Origin: a virus
Lineage: Duplodnaviria; Caudoviricetes
Strand: one strand, 5' to 3'
DNA: 34,634 nt
Virus record (IMG/VR): IMGVR_UViG_3300025466_000007
Span: 1-34,634 of that record
In this document: in pieces, positions 9,571 to 19,301 of the stretch
Layout of the letters: the number at the start of each line of letters is the position of its first letter
How positions within the stretch are numbered: position 1 is the first letter of the stretch
The notes under the pieces: generated by a model
Seen by the model: the letters and a program-made list of their open reading frames with translations, nothing else
What the model was told of the DNA's origin: nothing
Database searches by the model: none
Made by a program: the position numbers and the translations under genes

Positions 9571-9600
9571 AAGTCACCCCCAAAAAGGGTGGCTTTTTTT
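9571..9600 (+). terminator. Rho-independent terminator
   Basis: AAGTCACCC-ccaaaaa-GGGTGGCTT stem followed by a T-run. Confidence 0.8.
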
Positions 9601-9642
9601 ACATTTAACAGTACAATTTAATCGTTTTTCAAAGGAAAAATC

Positions 9643-9981
9643 ATGTCATCTACAACCGTTGCCCGTGGTAATGCTCACGAGACTTTTTACATTGCCCCAA
9701 ACATCACCCCAGCTTCATTAACAACATCGTCTGTTAGTTCACTTCAAACTTTCCCTATTGCTGGTTTGCAAACAACTGATATTGTGTCTTTTCAACAATA
9801 TCAAGGTAACCAAACTTCCAACATTGCAATAACAAATGTTGATGTTGCTACAGCTGGTGTTTTGACTGTTCAATTTCAAAATATTTCAGGTGCGGCAACT
9901 GCTATTCAACCAGCCGCAGGGGTTTATCAATTTCAAGTTGTTCGTGTTGAAGGTTATCCACAAGCTACTAATGGAGCTTAA
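9643..9981 (+). CDS. Hypothetical virion protein
   Basis: AAGGA RBS, beta-rich composition, structural-module position. Confidence 0.6.
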   Translation: MSSTTVARGNAHETFYIAPNITPASLTTSSVSSLQTFPIAGLQTTDIVSFQQYQGNQTSNIAITNVDVATAGVLTVQFQNISGAATAIQPAAGVYQFQVVRVEGYPQATNGA

Positions 9982-9983
9982 TT

Positions 9984-10346
9984 ATGGCAAACACAAGCGT
10001 ATTTAGACCAGTCGGTTTATCTTATGCTGTTGCTGTTTCAACAACCGCATCAACTGCTTTGACCGTAACCCCAGCGGGTAACGATCAGATCAATTATTGC
10101 GGTTTTTTAAATACGTCTGCTAACCCTATTGCTTTGACAATAGCAGAAGCAAATGCTTTAAATTCGTTGACTGCTCCAGCCGCAGTACTTCCAACAGCTG
10201 GAAGCCCTACTAACACGGTAATTTTAGGCGTTGCTATGACTTCACCAATGGTAATTGCAGTACCTCCCAACGGGTTCTCAATGTCAGCCATTACAAGCAC
10301 AGGCACAACAACGCTTTACATTACCCCAATGGCAGACCAATCATGA
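9984..10346 (+). CDS. Hypothetical virion protein
   Basis: GGAG RBS; Thr/Ala-rich; ends LYITP; ATGA-coupled to the next gene. Confidence 0.6.
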   Translation: MANTSVFRPVGLSYAVAVSTTASTALTVTPAGNDQINYCGFLNTSANPIALTIAEANALNSLTAPAAVLPTAGSPTNTVILGVAMTSPMVIAVPPNGFSMSAITSTGTTTLYITPMADQS

Positions 10347-10702
10347 CCAATCAAGTAGCAAATACAAATACCCCCAACACGGTACTTTTGAACACGTTTG
10401 CTTCACAACCAGTTATTGCAAGCGGTTTTGGTACTGCGCCAACAATCAAAGGCGCTACGCCAAATTGTTTTGCTGTAACAGTTGGAAGCGGTGGTGCGGC
10501 AAACGGCACGATTACATTGCCAACAGCGCCAAATGGTTGGATGTGTATTGCAAACGATGTTACAAATGGTTCTGCTTTGTTTTTACAACAGACTGCTAGT
10601 AGCACTACATCAGTAACTGTAACGGGTTATGGAATTACTACTGGACTAGCGGCAAATATGTCTGCTGGTGATGTGATTGTTATGACTTGTATTCCATACT
10701 GA
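10343..10702 (+). CDS. Hypothetical virion protein
   Basis: Translationally coupled at both ends; Gly/Thr/Ala-rich. Confidence 0.6.
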   Translation: MTNQVANTNTPNTVLLNTFASQPVIASGFGTAPTIKGATPNCFAVTVGSGGAANGTITLPTAPNGWMCIANDVTNGSALFLQQTASSTTSVTVTGYGITTGLAANMSAGDVIVMTCIPY

Positions 10703-12198
10703 TGTCAAATCAAACCGCAGTCACCGTCACAACGAATATTGTCCCTGTACAGGCAATATTTGATGTAAATGGCGTTTGCGTTGGATTAGTTGGACCAGGG
10801 GGGGAGTTTTTCTCTCCCCCACTTAGTTCAGACGTTATCAATCAAGCAACGATTACAAACAGCACAATCAATAGTACTGCTATTGGTGCGACAAGCGCTA
10901 GTACGGGCACTTTTACGACAATGACGACCAATAACGCTCAAATCACGGGCGGGTCAATCACAGGCGTAAGTATTACGATTACAGCGTTAAATAATACGCC
11001 AGTTGGCAATATAACGCCATCTACGGGTGCGTTTACTACTCTTTCAGCCACAACTACAACTACAACAAATTTGGCTGTTACTGGTATAACTGGATTGCTT
11101 TACGCAAACGCAACTTCAAACGCAACTGCGGCTACAGCAAATCAAATTGTTAGCGTTATAGGTAATACATATGTTACAAACGCAACAAACGCAACAAACG
11201 CAACAAATACAACCAACATCATTGGTGGTTCTGCTGGAGCTGTTCCTTATCAATCTGCAACAGGCGTAACAGCTTTTGCTACGGGTACTGGCGTATTGGT
11301 AGGCGGTACAACACCAACATTTACAACAACGCCCACAATAACGGGCACAAATATTTCAGGAACAGCATCATCGCTGTCTATTGGTGGTAATGCCGCAACA
11401 GCAACTTCTTCAACTAATTTGGCAGGGGGTTCCACATATGCTTTCCCTTATCAAACATCTTCAGGCGCAACTGCTTTCTTATCTGCGGGCACTTCGGGAC
11501 AAATTTTACAAACGCTAGGAACTGGAGCAATTCCAGCTTGGGTTAGTCAATCTACCCTTTCAGTTGGGTCTGCTTCAAACATCGTAGGCGGTGCGGCTGG
11601 GGAAATTCCTTATCAAACCGCAACTGGTGCAACAGGGTTTACCGCAGTTGGGTCTGCGTCTCAACTTTTGCAATCAAACGGTACTTCAGCCCCAAATTGG
11701 GTGTCAGCAAACACTTTATCGGTGTCGAGTGCAACGAATTTAAGCGGGGGTGGAGCTGGGTACATTCCGTATCAATCTGCGTCAGGAAGCACGTTATTTT
11801 TGTCCGCTGGAACATCTGGATATGTTTTGCAATCAAACGGCACAAGCGCCCCCAGCTGGGTGTTGCCAACTGCTTATGCAACCATAACTGACGATACAAC
11901 TTCAACGGGCACAAGATACCCTTTGTTTGCCAATCAAACAAGTGGTAACGTAGCAACTGAATACACAAGTTCAACAAAACTACAATATCAACCTTCAACG
12001 GGTACTTTGACTGCGACTGTTTTCAGCGGGTCATTAGCGGCATCAAATTTAACTGGCACAACATTGCCCAGTACTATTGTTACAAGCAGTTTGACAACTG
12101 TTGGCACAATTGGAACGGGAACATGGCAAGGAACTATTGTTGCTACGACTTATGGTGGGACAGGAACGTCTCACGGTGTAAATGGGGGTACATTCTGA
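10702..12198 (+). CDS. Repeat-rich fibre protein
   Basis: Thr/Ser/Gly-rich with four PYQ-containing repeats. The TGATG-coupled start at 10702 is preferred over TTG at 10687. Confidence 0.7.
   Translation: MSNQTAVTVTTNIVPVQAIFDVNGVCVGLVGPGGEFFSPPLSSDVINQATITNSTINSTAIGATSASTGTFTTMTTNNAQITGGSITGVSITITALNNTPVGNITPSTGAFTTLSATTTTTTNLAVTGITGLLYANATSNATAATANQIVSVIGNTYVTNATNATNATNTTNIIGGSAGAVPYQSATGVTAFATGTGVLVGGTTPTFTTTPTITGTNISGTASSLSIGGNAATATSSTNLAGGSTYAFPYQTSSGATAFLSAGTSGQILQTLGTGAIPAWVSQSTLSVGSASNIVGGAAGEIPYQTATGATGFTAVGSASQLLQSNGTSAPNWVSANTLSVSSATNLSGGGAGYIPYQSASGSTLFLSAGTSGYVLQSNGTSAPSWVLPTAYATITDDTTSTGTRYPLFANQTSGNVATEYTSSTKLQYQPSTGTLTATVFSGSLAASNLTGTTLPSTIVTSSLTTVGTIGTGTWQGTIVATTYGGTGTSHGVNGGTF
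11176..11208 (+). repeat. 9-bp tandem repeat (ACAAACGCA x3 plus a partial copy) encoding TNA-TNA-TNA-TN
   Basis: Directly visible in the sequence. Confidence 0.9.
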
Positions 12199-12512
12199 TG
12201 TTTAATTGGAAAATACTTGAAGTTCATTCAGAAAACGAAACAATTACGCAAGTGCGTTATTTTGTTTCTGTGAATGACGGAACAAATATTGTTGCAACAG
12301 AAGGATGGTTGCCAATAAAAGAACGCACACCAAAACCCGATTTCAACAGTATTCAACATGAGACAGTATGTTCTTGGGCTAGAGAAGATTCAACTCAAAA
12401 TGGTGTAAATGCCATAGAATCTAGGTTACAAGAGCAATTAGATGCTTTGAATAAAAACGTCAATACAAAAGCACCTTGGTCTCCACCTGAAACTTTTAAA
12501 GTGAGCGTGTAA
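12198..12512 (+). CDS. Fibre-associated hypothetical protein (possible fibre chaperone)
   Basis: TGATG-coupled start MFNWKIL, C-terminal APW; sits between two fibre genes. Confidence 0.6.
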   Translation: MFNWKILEVHSENETITQVRYFVSVNDGTNIVATEGWLPIKERTPKPDFNSIQHETVCSWAREDSTQNGVNAIESRLQEQLDALNKNVNTKAPWSPPETFKVSV

Positions 12513-13657
12513 TGGCACAAACAGGGTATACCCCAATACAACATTATTATTCAATTACAGGCGGTAATACTCCTACAACTGGTAATTTGACTTTAGGTGA
12601 AATAGCTATCAATGTAGCAGATCAAAAAGTCTATATGTTGAATTCAGCAAGTAATGCTATTGTTACTCTTGTTGGTACGTTAGGCAATCAAAATTCTAAT
12701 AGCGTATCCATTACAGGCGGTTCAATAAACGGAACTACCATAGGCGCATCAACAGCATCTACTGGAGCGTTTACTACTATTTCTGCTTCAGGCGTGATTA
12801 CGTCTACGGTTTCAACAGGAACAGCGCCATTTACAGTAGCCTCAACTACACAAGTAGCTAATTTAAATTCTGCAACAGCTGGTACAGCTACAAACGCAAC
12901 CAATGTAGCAACAACAGACAATACTTCTAGTTCATCTACTTATTACCCAACTTTAGTTAGTGCAACCAGTGGTAATAATCCAATTACAACATCTAGTACT
13001 AAACTTAGTTTTGTACCTAGTACAGGGGTTTTGAGTACAACTGGACATAATTTAAGTGGTTTAACTGCCTCAAGTGCTGTTGCTACTGATGCAAGCAAAA
13101 ACCTTGTTAGTGTTACAAATACTGGAACTGGTAATAATGTATTAGCTACTTCTCCAACATTGGTCACACCAGCTTTAGGAACTCCATCTTCTGTTAATTT
13201 AAGCAATGCAACTTCTCTTGCAGTAGCCGCTTTGCCTACAGGGTCTGTAATTCAAGTTGTACAGGCAACATTAACAAGTCTTTTTTCAACAACTGCGGCA
13301 TCTTTTACATCTACTGGATTAACAGCTTCAATTACACCTCAATTTTCTACAAGTAAAATTCTTGTTTTAATTTCTACTTATGGATTGGCTTTAGTAGCAA
13401 ATGGACAAGCCAGTTACACAATTTATAGAAATTCAACAAATTTAGCATCTGGTAGTGGGTTGAATCAATCTTTTAGTGAATTAAATGCAAATTTGAGTCC
13501 TTCTCAAGCATCTTTGGCAATTAGTTATTTAGATTCACCATCAACAACATCTTCAACAACATATACTTTATATGCCGCGGCAATAACTTCTGGTGATGCA
13601 GTATATATAAACAATGCGAGTGGCACAGCAGTAATCATATTAATGGAGATTAGATAA
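12512..13657 (+). CDS. Tail fibre protein
   Basis: N-terminal PTTGNLTLGEIAIN anchor motif and C-terminal GSVIQVV...ASITPQFSTSKILV...YLDSPSTTSSTTY tip domain. Confidence 0.72.
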   Translation: MAQTGYTPIQHYYSITGGNTPTTGNLTLGEIAINVADQKVYMLNSASNAIVTLVGTLGNQNSNSVSITGGSINGTTIGASTASTGAFTTISASGVITSTVSTGTAPFTVASTTQVANLNSATAGTATNATNVATTDNTSSSSTYYPTLVSATSGNNPITTSSTKLSFVPSTGVLSTTGHNLSGLTASSAVATDASKNLVSVTNTGTGNNVLATSPTLVTPALGTPSSVNLSNATSLAVAALPTGSVIQVVQATLTSLFSTTAASFTSTGLTASITPQFSTSKILVLISTYGLALVANGQASYTIYRNSTNLASGSGLNQSFSELNANLSPSQASLAISYLDSPSTTSSTTYTLYAAAITSGDAVYINNASGTAVIILMEIR

Positions 13658-13923
13658 TGCAACCCACAATACATGATGCGGTCAGATCAGTATATTCAAA
13701 CGTAGTAACTATTTATGGTAATGACGTTAGTTCTTTAACTTGTTTAGATGTTAATGATGCTGAAGTAATAATTGTTCCTGCAACAGTAGAAACAAAATTA
13801 ACTGAATTACAAACTAACTATACTGCACAACAAATAGCAACTGCTAATGCTAAAGCATCTGCACTAGCTAAGTTAACTGCACTTGGTCTAACAGCAGATG
13901 AAATAAATTCAATAACAACATAA
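13657..13923 (+). CDS. Small fibre-associated protein (putative assembly chaperone)
   Basis: TAATG-coupled to the fibre gene; C-terminal KASALAKLTALGLTADEI motif typical of post-fibre genes. Confidence 0.55.
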   Translation: MQPTIHDAVRSVYSNVVTIYGNDVSSLTCLDVNDAEVIIVPATVETKLTELQTNYTAQQIATANAKASALAKLTALGLTADEINSITT

Positions 13924-13938
13924 TAAGGATATAAAAAA

Positions 13939-15348
13939 ATGTCTTTGACTAAAGTTTCATATTCAATGATAACTGGGGCTTACGCAAATGTGCTTGATTT
14001 TGGCGCTGTTGGTGATGGTTCAAATAATGATGCTAGTGCAATTAATAGTGCAATTTCTTATGTAAATTCTCAAAATGGTGGCACAGTTTATTTTCCAACT
14101 GGAAAATACAACATTGGTTCTACACAACTAACTATTTATCCAAGCATTCGATTAGTTGGAGCCGCAACAAGTGGCGGTGGTCAAACTGGAAATCCAGGAG
14201 CTACTATTTTATATAGTGGAACTGGTGTTTCTGGCGCACCTTTGTATGCAATAAAAGGAACAAATTTAACTAATACTTGTATTGAAAACATCACATTAAA
14301 TGGTGCTGGTAACGCATATACAAATGGAATTTATTTACAAGGTGCTTGGCTTTGTACTATTAAAAATGTAAAAGTTGGTGGTTTTATTGCTGTAAATGGA
14401 TTTGGAATATTAATTGATACTCATCAAGGTGCATTTGGCGCACAACATAATTACATTGAAAAATCAGAATGTTCAGATGGTATTGTTGCATTTATTGGAA
14501 CAAGTGGGGCAGATGAAGTAACTACAACTGTAGTTAATACTTTTAGAGGTTATATGTATCAAGCATATAACTGCCAAGTTACATTTATAAATGCCACGGC
14601 TGAAGGATTTCCAAGTATTGGTTTTGATTTTCAATACACTAATCAAAGCGTAATGATTAATTGTGATTTAGAAGGAAGTGGAACTACTGCAATAAGTATT
14701 GCAAGCGCATCTTCTGTAATGGCTTTTGGGAATACATTTGCAGGATTTACAGGTACAAATAAATATGTTGGAAATTTATCTTCATATACAACTTATGGTG
14801 GTGGACTCCAAATTACTAAAGAAGGGTTATCTTCTGGTAACAATTTTCCTTTTTTAACTTTTGGAAATTTAGCAGATTCAAATTATGTAGGTTATGGTGC
14901 TACATTGAATAGTTCAACTGGTGGCTCACAAGATGGAAGTCCGTTAATTCAAAGGTCAATTAGTGGTACTGTTACACCAGTATGGGAATTTAAAAACGGT
15001 TTAAGAATTGAATATTCTAAAACAATAGCTACAACTGCAACATCATTTTTTACATTAAACACAAACTCAACCAATGGCGGTTCAATTAAAGTTACTGCTA
15101 TTGGAGCAGACACAAGTGGTAATTCATTTTCAGTTTATAAAGAAGCGGTGTATTCTAATAATTTTGGAACTATGTTAATTTCAACTGGAAACGCATTAAC
15201 AACAACTGGAACGACTGATTCTTTCACATTTACTTCTTCAGGTTCTTCATTAATTATTCAATTTGCTGTTGCTGGATCATCTGTGTCAACTGGAGTTAAT
15301 TTTGTAATACAAGTTGATGGTACTTTTACTAACTATGTATTAAATTAA
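13939..15348 (+). CDS. Tailspike / pectate-lyase-like beta-helix depolymerase
   Basis: NVLDFGAVGDG...AINSAI...GGTVYFPTGKY signature followed by beta-helix-like repeats. Confidence 0.85.
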   Translation: MSLTKVSYSMITGAYANVLDFGAVGDGSNNDASAINSAISYVNSQNGGTVYFPTGKYNIGSTQLTIYPSIRLVGAATSGGGQTGNPGATILYSGTGVSGAPLYAIKGTNLTNTCIENITLNGAGNAYTNGIYLQGAWLCTIKNVKVGGFIAVNGFGILIDTHQGAFGAQHNYIEKSECSDGIVAFIGTSGADEVTTTVVNTFRGYMYQAYNCQVTFINATAEGFPSIGFDFQYTNQSVMINCDLEGSGTTAISIASASSVMAFGNTFAGFTGTNKYVGNLSSYTTYGGGLQITKEGLSSGNNFPFLTFGNLADSNYVGYGATLNSSTGGSQDGSPLIQRSISGTVTPVWEFKNGLRIEYSKTIATTATSFFTLNTNSTNGGSIKVTAIGADTSGNSFSVYKEAVYSNNFGTMLISTGNALTTTGTTDSFTFTSSGSSLIIQFAVAGSSVSTGVNFVIQVDGTFTNYVLN

Positions 15349-15361
15349 ACAAGGATAAAAA

Positions 15362-15862
15362 ATGACTGTATATTTATCATCTTTTGCTGGTGCTGGAGCA
15401 CAATTTTTTGATAATAATGGTGTTCCTTTGGCTGGAGGATTTATTTATACTTATTTGGCAGGCACAACAACTCCACAAGCAACTTACACTTCAAATAGTG
15501 GGTCAATAGCTCAAGCAAATCCTATTGTTTTAGATTCTAGTGGTAGAGTTCCTAGCGGAGAAATTTGGTTAAATCAACTTGTATTGTATAAATTTGTACT
15601 TCAAACATCTGCTGGAGTAACAATAGGTACTTATGACAATATAAGTAGTATTGCAGGGTCAATTCCAGTAATTTCAGATTTTACAGGCACAGGAAGCCAA
15701 ACAACCTTTACACTTTCATTATTACCAGTAGGATTAAATACAACTAATGTTTTTATAAATGGTGTCTATCAAAATAAAAATTCATATTCTATTTCTGGCA
15801 CAACATTAACATTTACTCAAGCCCCGCCTGTTACTTCTTTAATTGAAGTAAGTTATGCTTAA
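15362..15862 (+). CDS. Tailspike N-terminal/adaptor-like protein
   Basis: QFFDNNGVPLAGG..YTY.AGTTTP..TY...NPIVLDSSGR particle-attachment-type domain plus a short beta domain; no catalytic domain. Confidence 0.6.
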   Translation: MTVYLSSFAGAGAQFFDNNGVPLAGGFIYTYLAGTTTPQATYTSNSGSIAQANPIVLDSSGRVPSGEIWLNQLVLYKFVLQTSAGVTIGTYDNISSIAGSIPVISDFTGTGSQTTFTLSLLPVGLNTTNVFINGVYQNKNSYSISGTTLTFTQAPPVTSLIEVSYA

Positions 15863-15871
15863 AGGTTAAAA

Positions 15872-16849
15872 ATGACTACACCAAATGATATTATTAGCAG
15901 AGCATTAAAAGACATTGGCGCATTGGAGGCTGGAGAAGTCCCAACAGCTGATGCGGCACAAGACGCTTTTAATATGTTATTAAACATGCTTGACCAATGG
16001 TCAAATGAAGAAATGATGGTGTACTATCAGTCTGAAATAATTTGGACTCTTACGTCAGGTCAAACTCAATACACTATTGGACCAGGAGGAGAAATAGGTG
16101 CTGTGTTTACTGGTTCTATATCAGGAACAACTTTAACTGTTACTTCAATCACTTCAGGGGCAATAAACCTGAATCAGACAATCAGCGGTACAGGTATAAC
16201 AAATGGCACTAAGATTGTTGCTTTTGGTAGTGGAGCTGGGGGAAATATCAATGAAGCGGGAACATACCAACTCAATGTAAATTACCCAACAGGAGTGTCT
16301 TCAACAACAATCAACGCTTTTTATCCACGTCCATTAGCAATCAATTCGGGGTTTGTACGTATAGCTACCAATAGCAACGGTTATCCGATTGTGAATGGCG
16401 GTTTAGATTATCCTTTGACTGTTTTAGACTATGACAGCTATCAATTGATTGGTCTAAAAACGCTAAATGGACCATGGCCCAAAGCATTTTATTATCAGCC
16501 AACAGAAATTTTAGGTAACATTTTCGTATGGCCTAATCCAGCCCAAGGCGAAATGCATCTTTTTGCCGATACTTTGTTTTCTCAATATACCAATTTAACA
16601 GATACGATTACATTGCCACAAGGCTATAACATGGCTCTTGAATGGTGTTTGGCTGAATATTTAATGCCTTCATATGGCAAGGCTTCTCCAACACAAATAC
16701 AAATGATTCAACAATTTGCGGCAAAAGGCAAATCTACGGTCAAACGTACAAATATGAAACCACCCAAAGTGTCTAGATATGATGAAGTCATTACTACATC
16801 ACGTTCCAAAGATGCTGGGTGGATTTTGTCAGGCGGTTTCTTTAGATAA
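15872..16849 (+). CDS. Head-to-tail adaptor, P22 gp4-like
   Basis: [11 protein letters not shown]...[14 protein letters not shown]-terminus and LPQGY..AL...LAEYL C-terminus; lies upstream of the gp10-like gene. Confidence 0.72.
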   Translation: MTTPNDIISRALKDIGALEAGEVPTADAAQDAFNMLLNMLDQWSNEEMMVYYQSEIIWTLTSGQTQYTIGPGGEIGAVFTGSISGTTLTVTSITSGAINLNQTISGTGITNGTKIVAFGSGAGGNINEAGTYQLNVNYPTGVSSTTINAFYPRPLAINSGFVRIATNSNGYPIVNGGLDYPLTVLDYDSYQLIGLKTLNGPWPKAFYYQPTEILGNIFVWPNPAQGEMHLFADTLFSQYTNLTDTITLPQGYNMALEWCLAEYLMPSYGKASPTQIQMIQQFAAKGKSTVKRTNMKPPKVSRYDEVITTSRSKDAGWILSGGFFR

Positions 16850-16859
16850 AGGAAAAGAT

Positions 16860-17132
16860 ATGATTTATTTATTTATTGTCTTTTGTTTGCTCCAATGTGC
16901 TGATATTTACACAACTTGGAAAGCCTTGTTTACAAATGTTGGACATGAGGCTAATCCAATTATGGCTTGGTTGTTTTCTGAAGTTGGATTAAAAGCAGGA
17001 TTGGTGATTGCCAAAGTTATGATTTGTGCAATTATTTATTATTTTGTTACTCAAGATTGGTTATTAGCAATATTAGATATTGCTTATGCTGAGATTATTT
17101 GGAACAACTTTAAAGTATTAAAAAATGGCTGA
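16860..17132 (+). CDS. Small membrane protein (DUF5658-like)
   Basis: AAGGA RBS before ATG 16860; D..TT...G.EANP motif and three hydrophobic segments. Confidence 0.65.
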   Translation: MIYLFIVFCLLQCADIYTTWKALFTNVGHEANPIMAWLFSEVGLKAGLVIAKVMICAIIYYFVTQDWLLAILDIAYAEIIWNNFKVLKNG

Positions 17133-18588
17133 TTTTGGCTTTGTTGGTCCATCATATGAAGCGCCTAGTATTTACCAGGATGCTCAAGAATGTATCAATT
17201 TTTATCCTGAAATAGACCCTCTTAAACAACCAGGTGTAAGAGGTGTTGTTGCGCTATATCCAACTCCAGGTTTAACGCAAATTATTCAACCTGAAATTGG
17301 TCCAGTAAGGGCTATGAGGAATTTATCGGGTAATTCAATACTTTTGGTTGTAATAAATGCTTCTGTGTATAAAGTAACAACATCTTACACATACACGTTA
17401 ATTGGCAATCTTAGAACTAGTACAGGTTTTGTATCTATATCAGACAATATTACTTCTAATAACGGTTTAACAGCATATATTGTAGATGGTCCAAATCGTT
17501 ACACATGGATTGCCAAAAGTAATACGTTTGAAATTTTGCCGTCAACTGATGGACCATGGCAAGGCGCTTCAGTTGTAGACGTTTGCGACAATTACAACAT
17601 TTATAACAACGTAGGAACTCAAAATTGGGCTTGTACAGACCTTGGATCAAGTTTATCGACAAATGCTTATTACGGTACAAAAGATGCCGCACCTGACCCT
17701 ATTGTTACTTTAATTGCAAATCACAGACAAGTTTATTTACTAGGTCAACAAACAACTGAAGTTTGGGTTGATGTTGGAAATGTCGTAACAGGTATTATTT
17801 CATTTCCATTCCAGCGTATTCAAGGAACAATGATGCAACACGGTTGTGCGGCTATCGGTTCTGTTGCTCAATTTTCTGAAATGTTTATGTTCGTATCTAA
17901 AGACAACAGAGGTCAAGGAATTATTGGGGTTGTACAAGGATACACTTTTACAAGAATTTCTACTCACGCTGTTGAACAAACGTTATTGAATCAAACCATA
18001 TCAGATGCTATTGCTTATACATATCAACTTGAAGGTCATGAATTTTATGTTGTAAATTTTCCTTCAGTCAATATAACTTGGGTTTATGATCTTGCTAGTC
18101 AAATGTGGCACAAATGGTTATCTTGGGATGGCACTCAATTTAATAGACATCGTTCTAATTGTGGTGCGTTTTTCAATAATTCTTATTTGGTGGGAGATTA
18201 TGCTAACGGAATAATTTATTCTTTAGACAACAACAATTACACAGAAAACGGTTCAACTATTCGCAGAATCAGACGTGCGCCTCACATTACAAGCGATTTA
18301 CAAAGACAATATTTTTCTGAGCTTCAAATTCAATTTCAGCCTGGAGTTGGTTTGGAAACAGGACAAGGTAAAAACCCACAAGCTATGTTGCGCTGGAGTA
18401 ATGATGGTGGATCAACGTACTCTAACGAACATTGGGTAAGTATTGGGGCTGTTGGTAAATACAAAAACCGTGCTATTTGGAGACGTTTAGGTTGGTCAAG
18501 AGACAGAATTTTTGAAGTTGCAATAACAGACCCTGTTAAAGCAGTTATTGTTTCAGCAAATTTAAAAGCTGAAGTTGGGGAAAATTGA
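17125..18588 (+). CDS. Packaged-DNA stabilization / tail hub protein, P22 gp10-like
   Basis: ECINFYPE, LYPTPGL, YQLEGHEFY and LRWSNDGG...WRRLG..RDRIFE motifs. Confidence 0.88.
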   Translation: MADFGFVGPSYEAPSIYQDAQECINFYPEIDPLKQPGVRGVVALYPTPGLTQIIQPEIGPVRAMRNLSGNSILLVVINASVYKVTTSYTYTLIGNLRTSTGFVSISDNITSNNGLTAYIVDGPNRYTWIAKSNTFEILPSTDGPWQGASVVDVCDNYNIYNNVGTQNWACTDLGSSLSTNAYYGTKDAAPDPIVTLIANHRQVYLLGQQTTEVWVDVGNVVTGIISFPFQRIQGTMMQHGCAAIGSVAQFSEMFMFVSKDNRGQGIIGVVQGYTFTRISTHAVEQTLLNQTISDAIAYTYQLEGHEFYVVNFPSVNITWVYDLASQMWHKWLSWDGTQFNRHRSNCGAFFNNSYLVGDYANGIIYSLDNNNYTENGSTIRRIRRAPHITSDLQRQYFSELQIQFQPGVGLETGQGKNPQAMLRWSNDGGSTYSNEHWVSIGAVGKYKNRAIWRRLGWSRDRIFEVAITDPVKAVIVSANLKAEVGEN

Positions 18589-18794
18589 TGGCAACACAAC
18601 CAAATTCCAACATCAACATTCCACAAGGACAATTTCTTGATCAAACAACTGGAAGACCGTCTTTACCTTGGCTGTTGTGGTTACAAAATCCTAGTTTTAT
18701 TCAAACTACAACTGGTCAACAAACAATAAACGGAAACGAATATATAAATGGCACTTTAAACGCAATAGGCGGCATCTCTGGAGGTGTATTTTGA
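18588..18794 (+). CDS. Small tail protein (needle/plug position)
   Basis: TGATG-coupled after the gp10-like gene; FLDQTTGRPSLPW motif. Confidence 0.5.
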   Translation: MATQPNSNINIPQGQFLDQTTGRPSLPWLLWLQNPSFIQTTTGQQTINGNEYINGTLNAIGGISGGVF

Positions 18795-19300
18795 TGGAGC
18801 TTGTACTTACCCCCAGTAGCGAATTATCGTTTGATTCCGATGATTCTAAGCATCAATATGAAGTTTTGGAACAGTTAGCCAAAGTCCCAAACCGTCAAGA
18901 GATTGAACAATTACAGACTGAAATTGCGAAAATGGAACAACCAGTATTTGATACTGAACATTATTTCAGCGGTGGTATGTATTGCCGAAAATTGCCAAGA
19001 AAAGCTGGAACGTTGATTGTCGGGAAAGTACACAAAAAAGAACATTTTTTTATGTGTGCCAAAGGAGAGATTATTGCTTGGACAGAAAAAGGGATGCGTA
19101 AACTGAGTGCGGGCGATATAATTGAATGCAAAACAGGCACTAAACGTGTTACTTTAGCATTAACAGATGCCATTGGAATTACGGTACACATTACCGATAA
19201 AACCAATATTGATGAAATTGAAACAGACCTGGTTGAGCCTGATGAGTTGTCAATGTATGCCCCAGGAAACGTCTTGAAAACAAAAGTTTTAGGGAGTTAG
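18794..19300 (+). CDS. Cupin-like hypothetical protein
   Basis: HYFSGGMYCR...AGTLIVGKVHKKEH...GTKR double-stranded beta-helix-like pattern. Confidence 0.55.
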   Translation: MELVLTPSSELSFDSDDSKHQYEVLEQLAKVPNRQEIEQLQTEIAKMEQPVFDTEHYFSGGMYCRKLPRKAGTLIVGKVHKKEHFFMCAKGEIIAWTEKGMRKLSAGDIIECKTGTKRVTLALTDAIGITVHITDKTNIDEIETDLVEPDELSMYAPGNVLKTKVLGS

Positions 19301-19301
19301 T

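Noticed and set aside
11176-11900. Repeats in the fibre gene as a CRISPR array or diversity-generating retroelement
   Set aside because: The repeats are in-frame, degenerate at synonymous positions and lack a repeat-spacer pattern. No cas or reverse transcriptase gene is recognisable.
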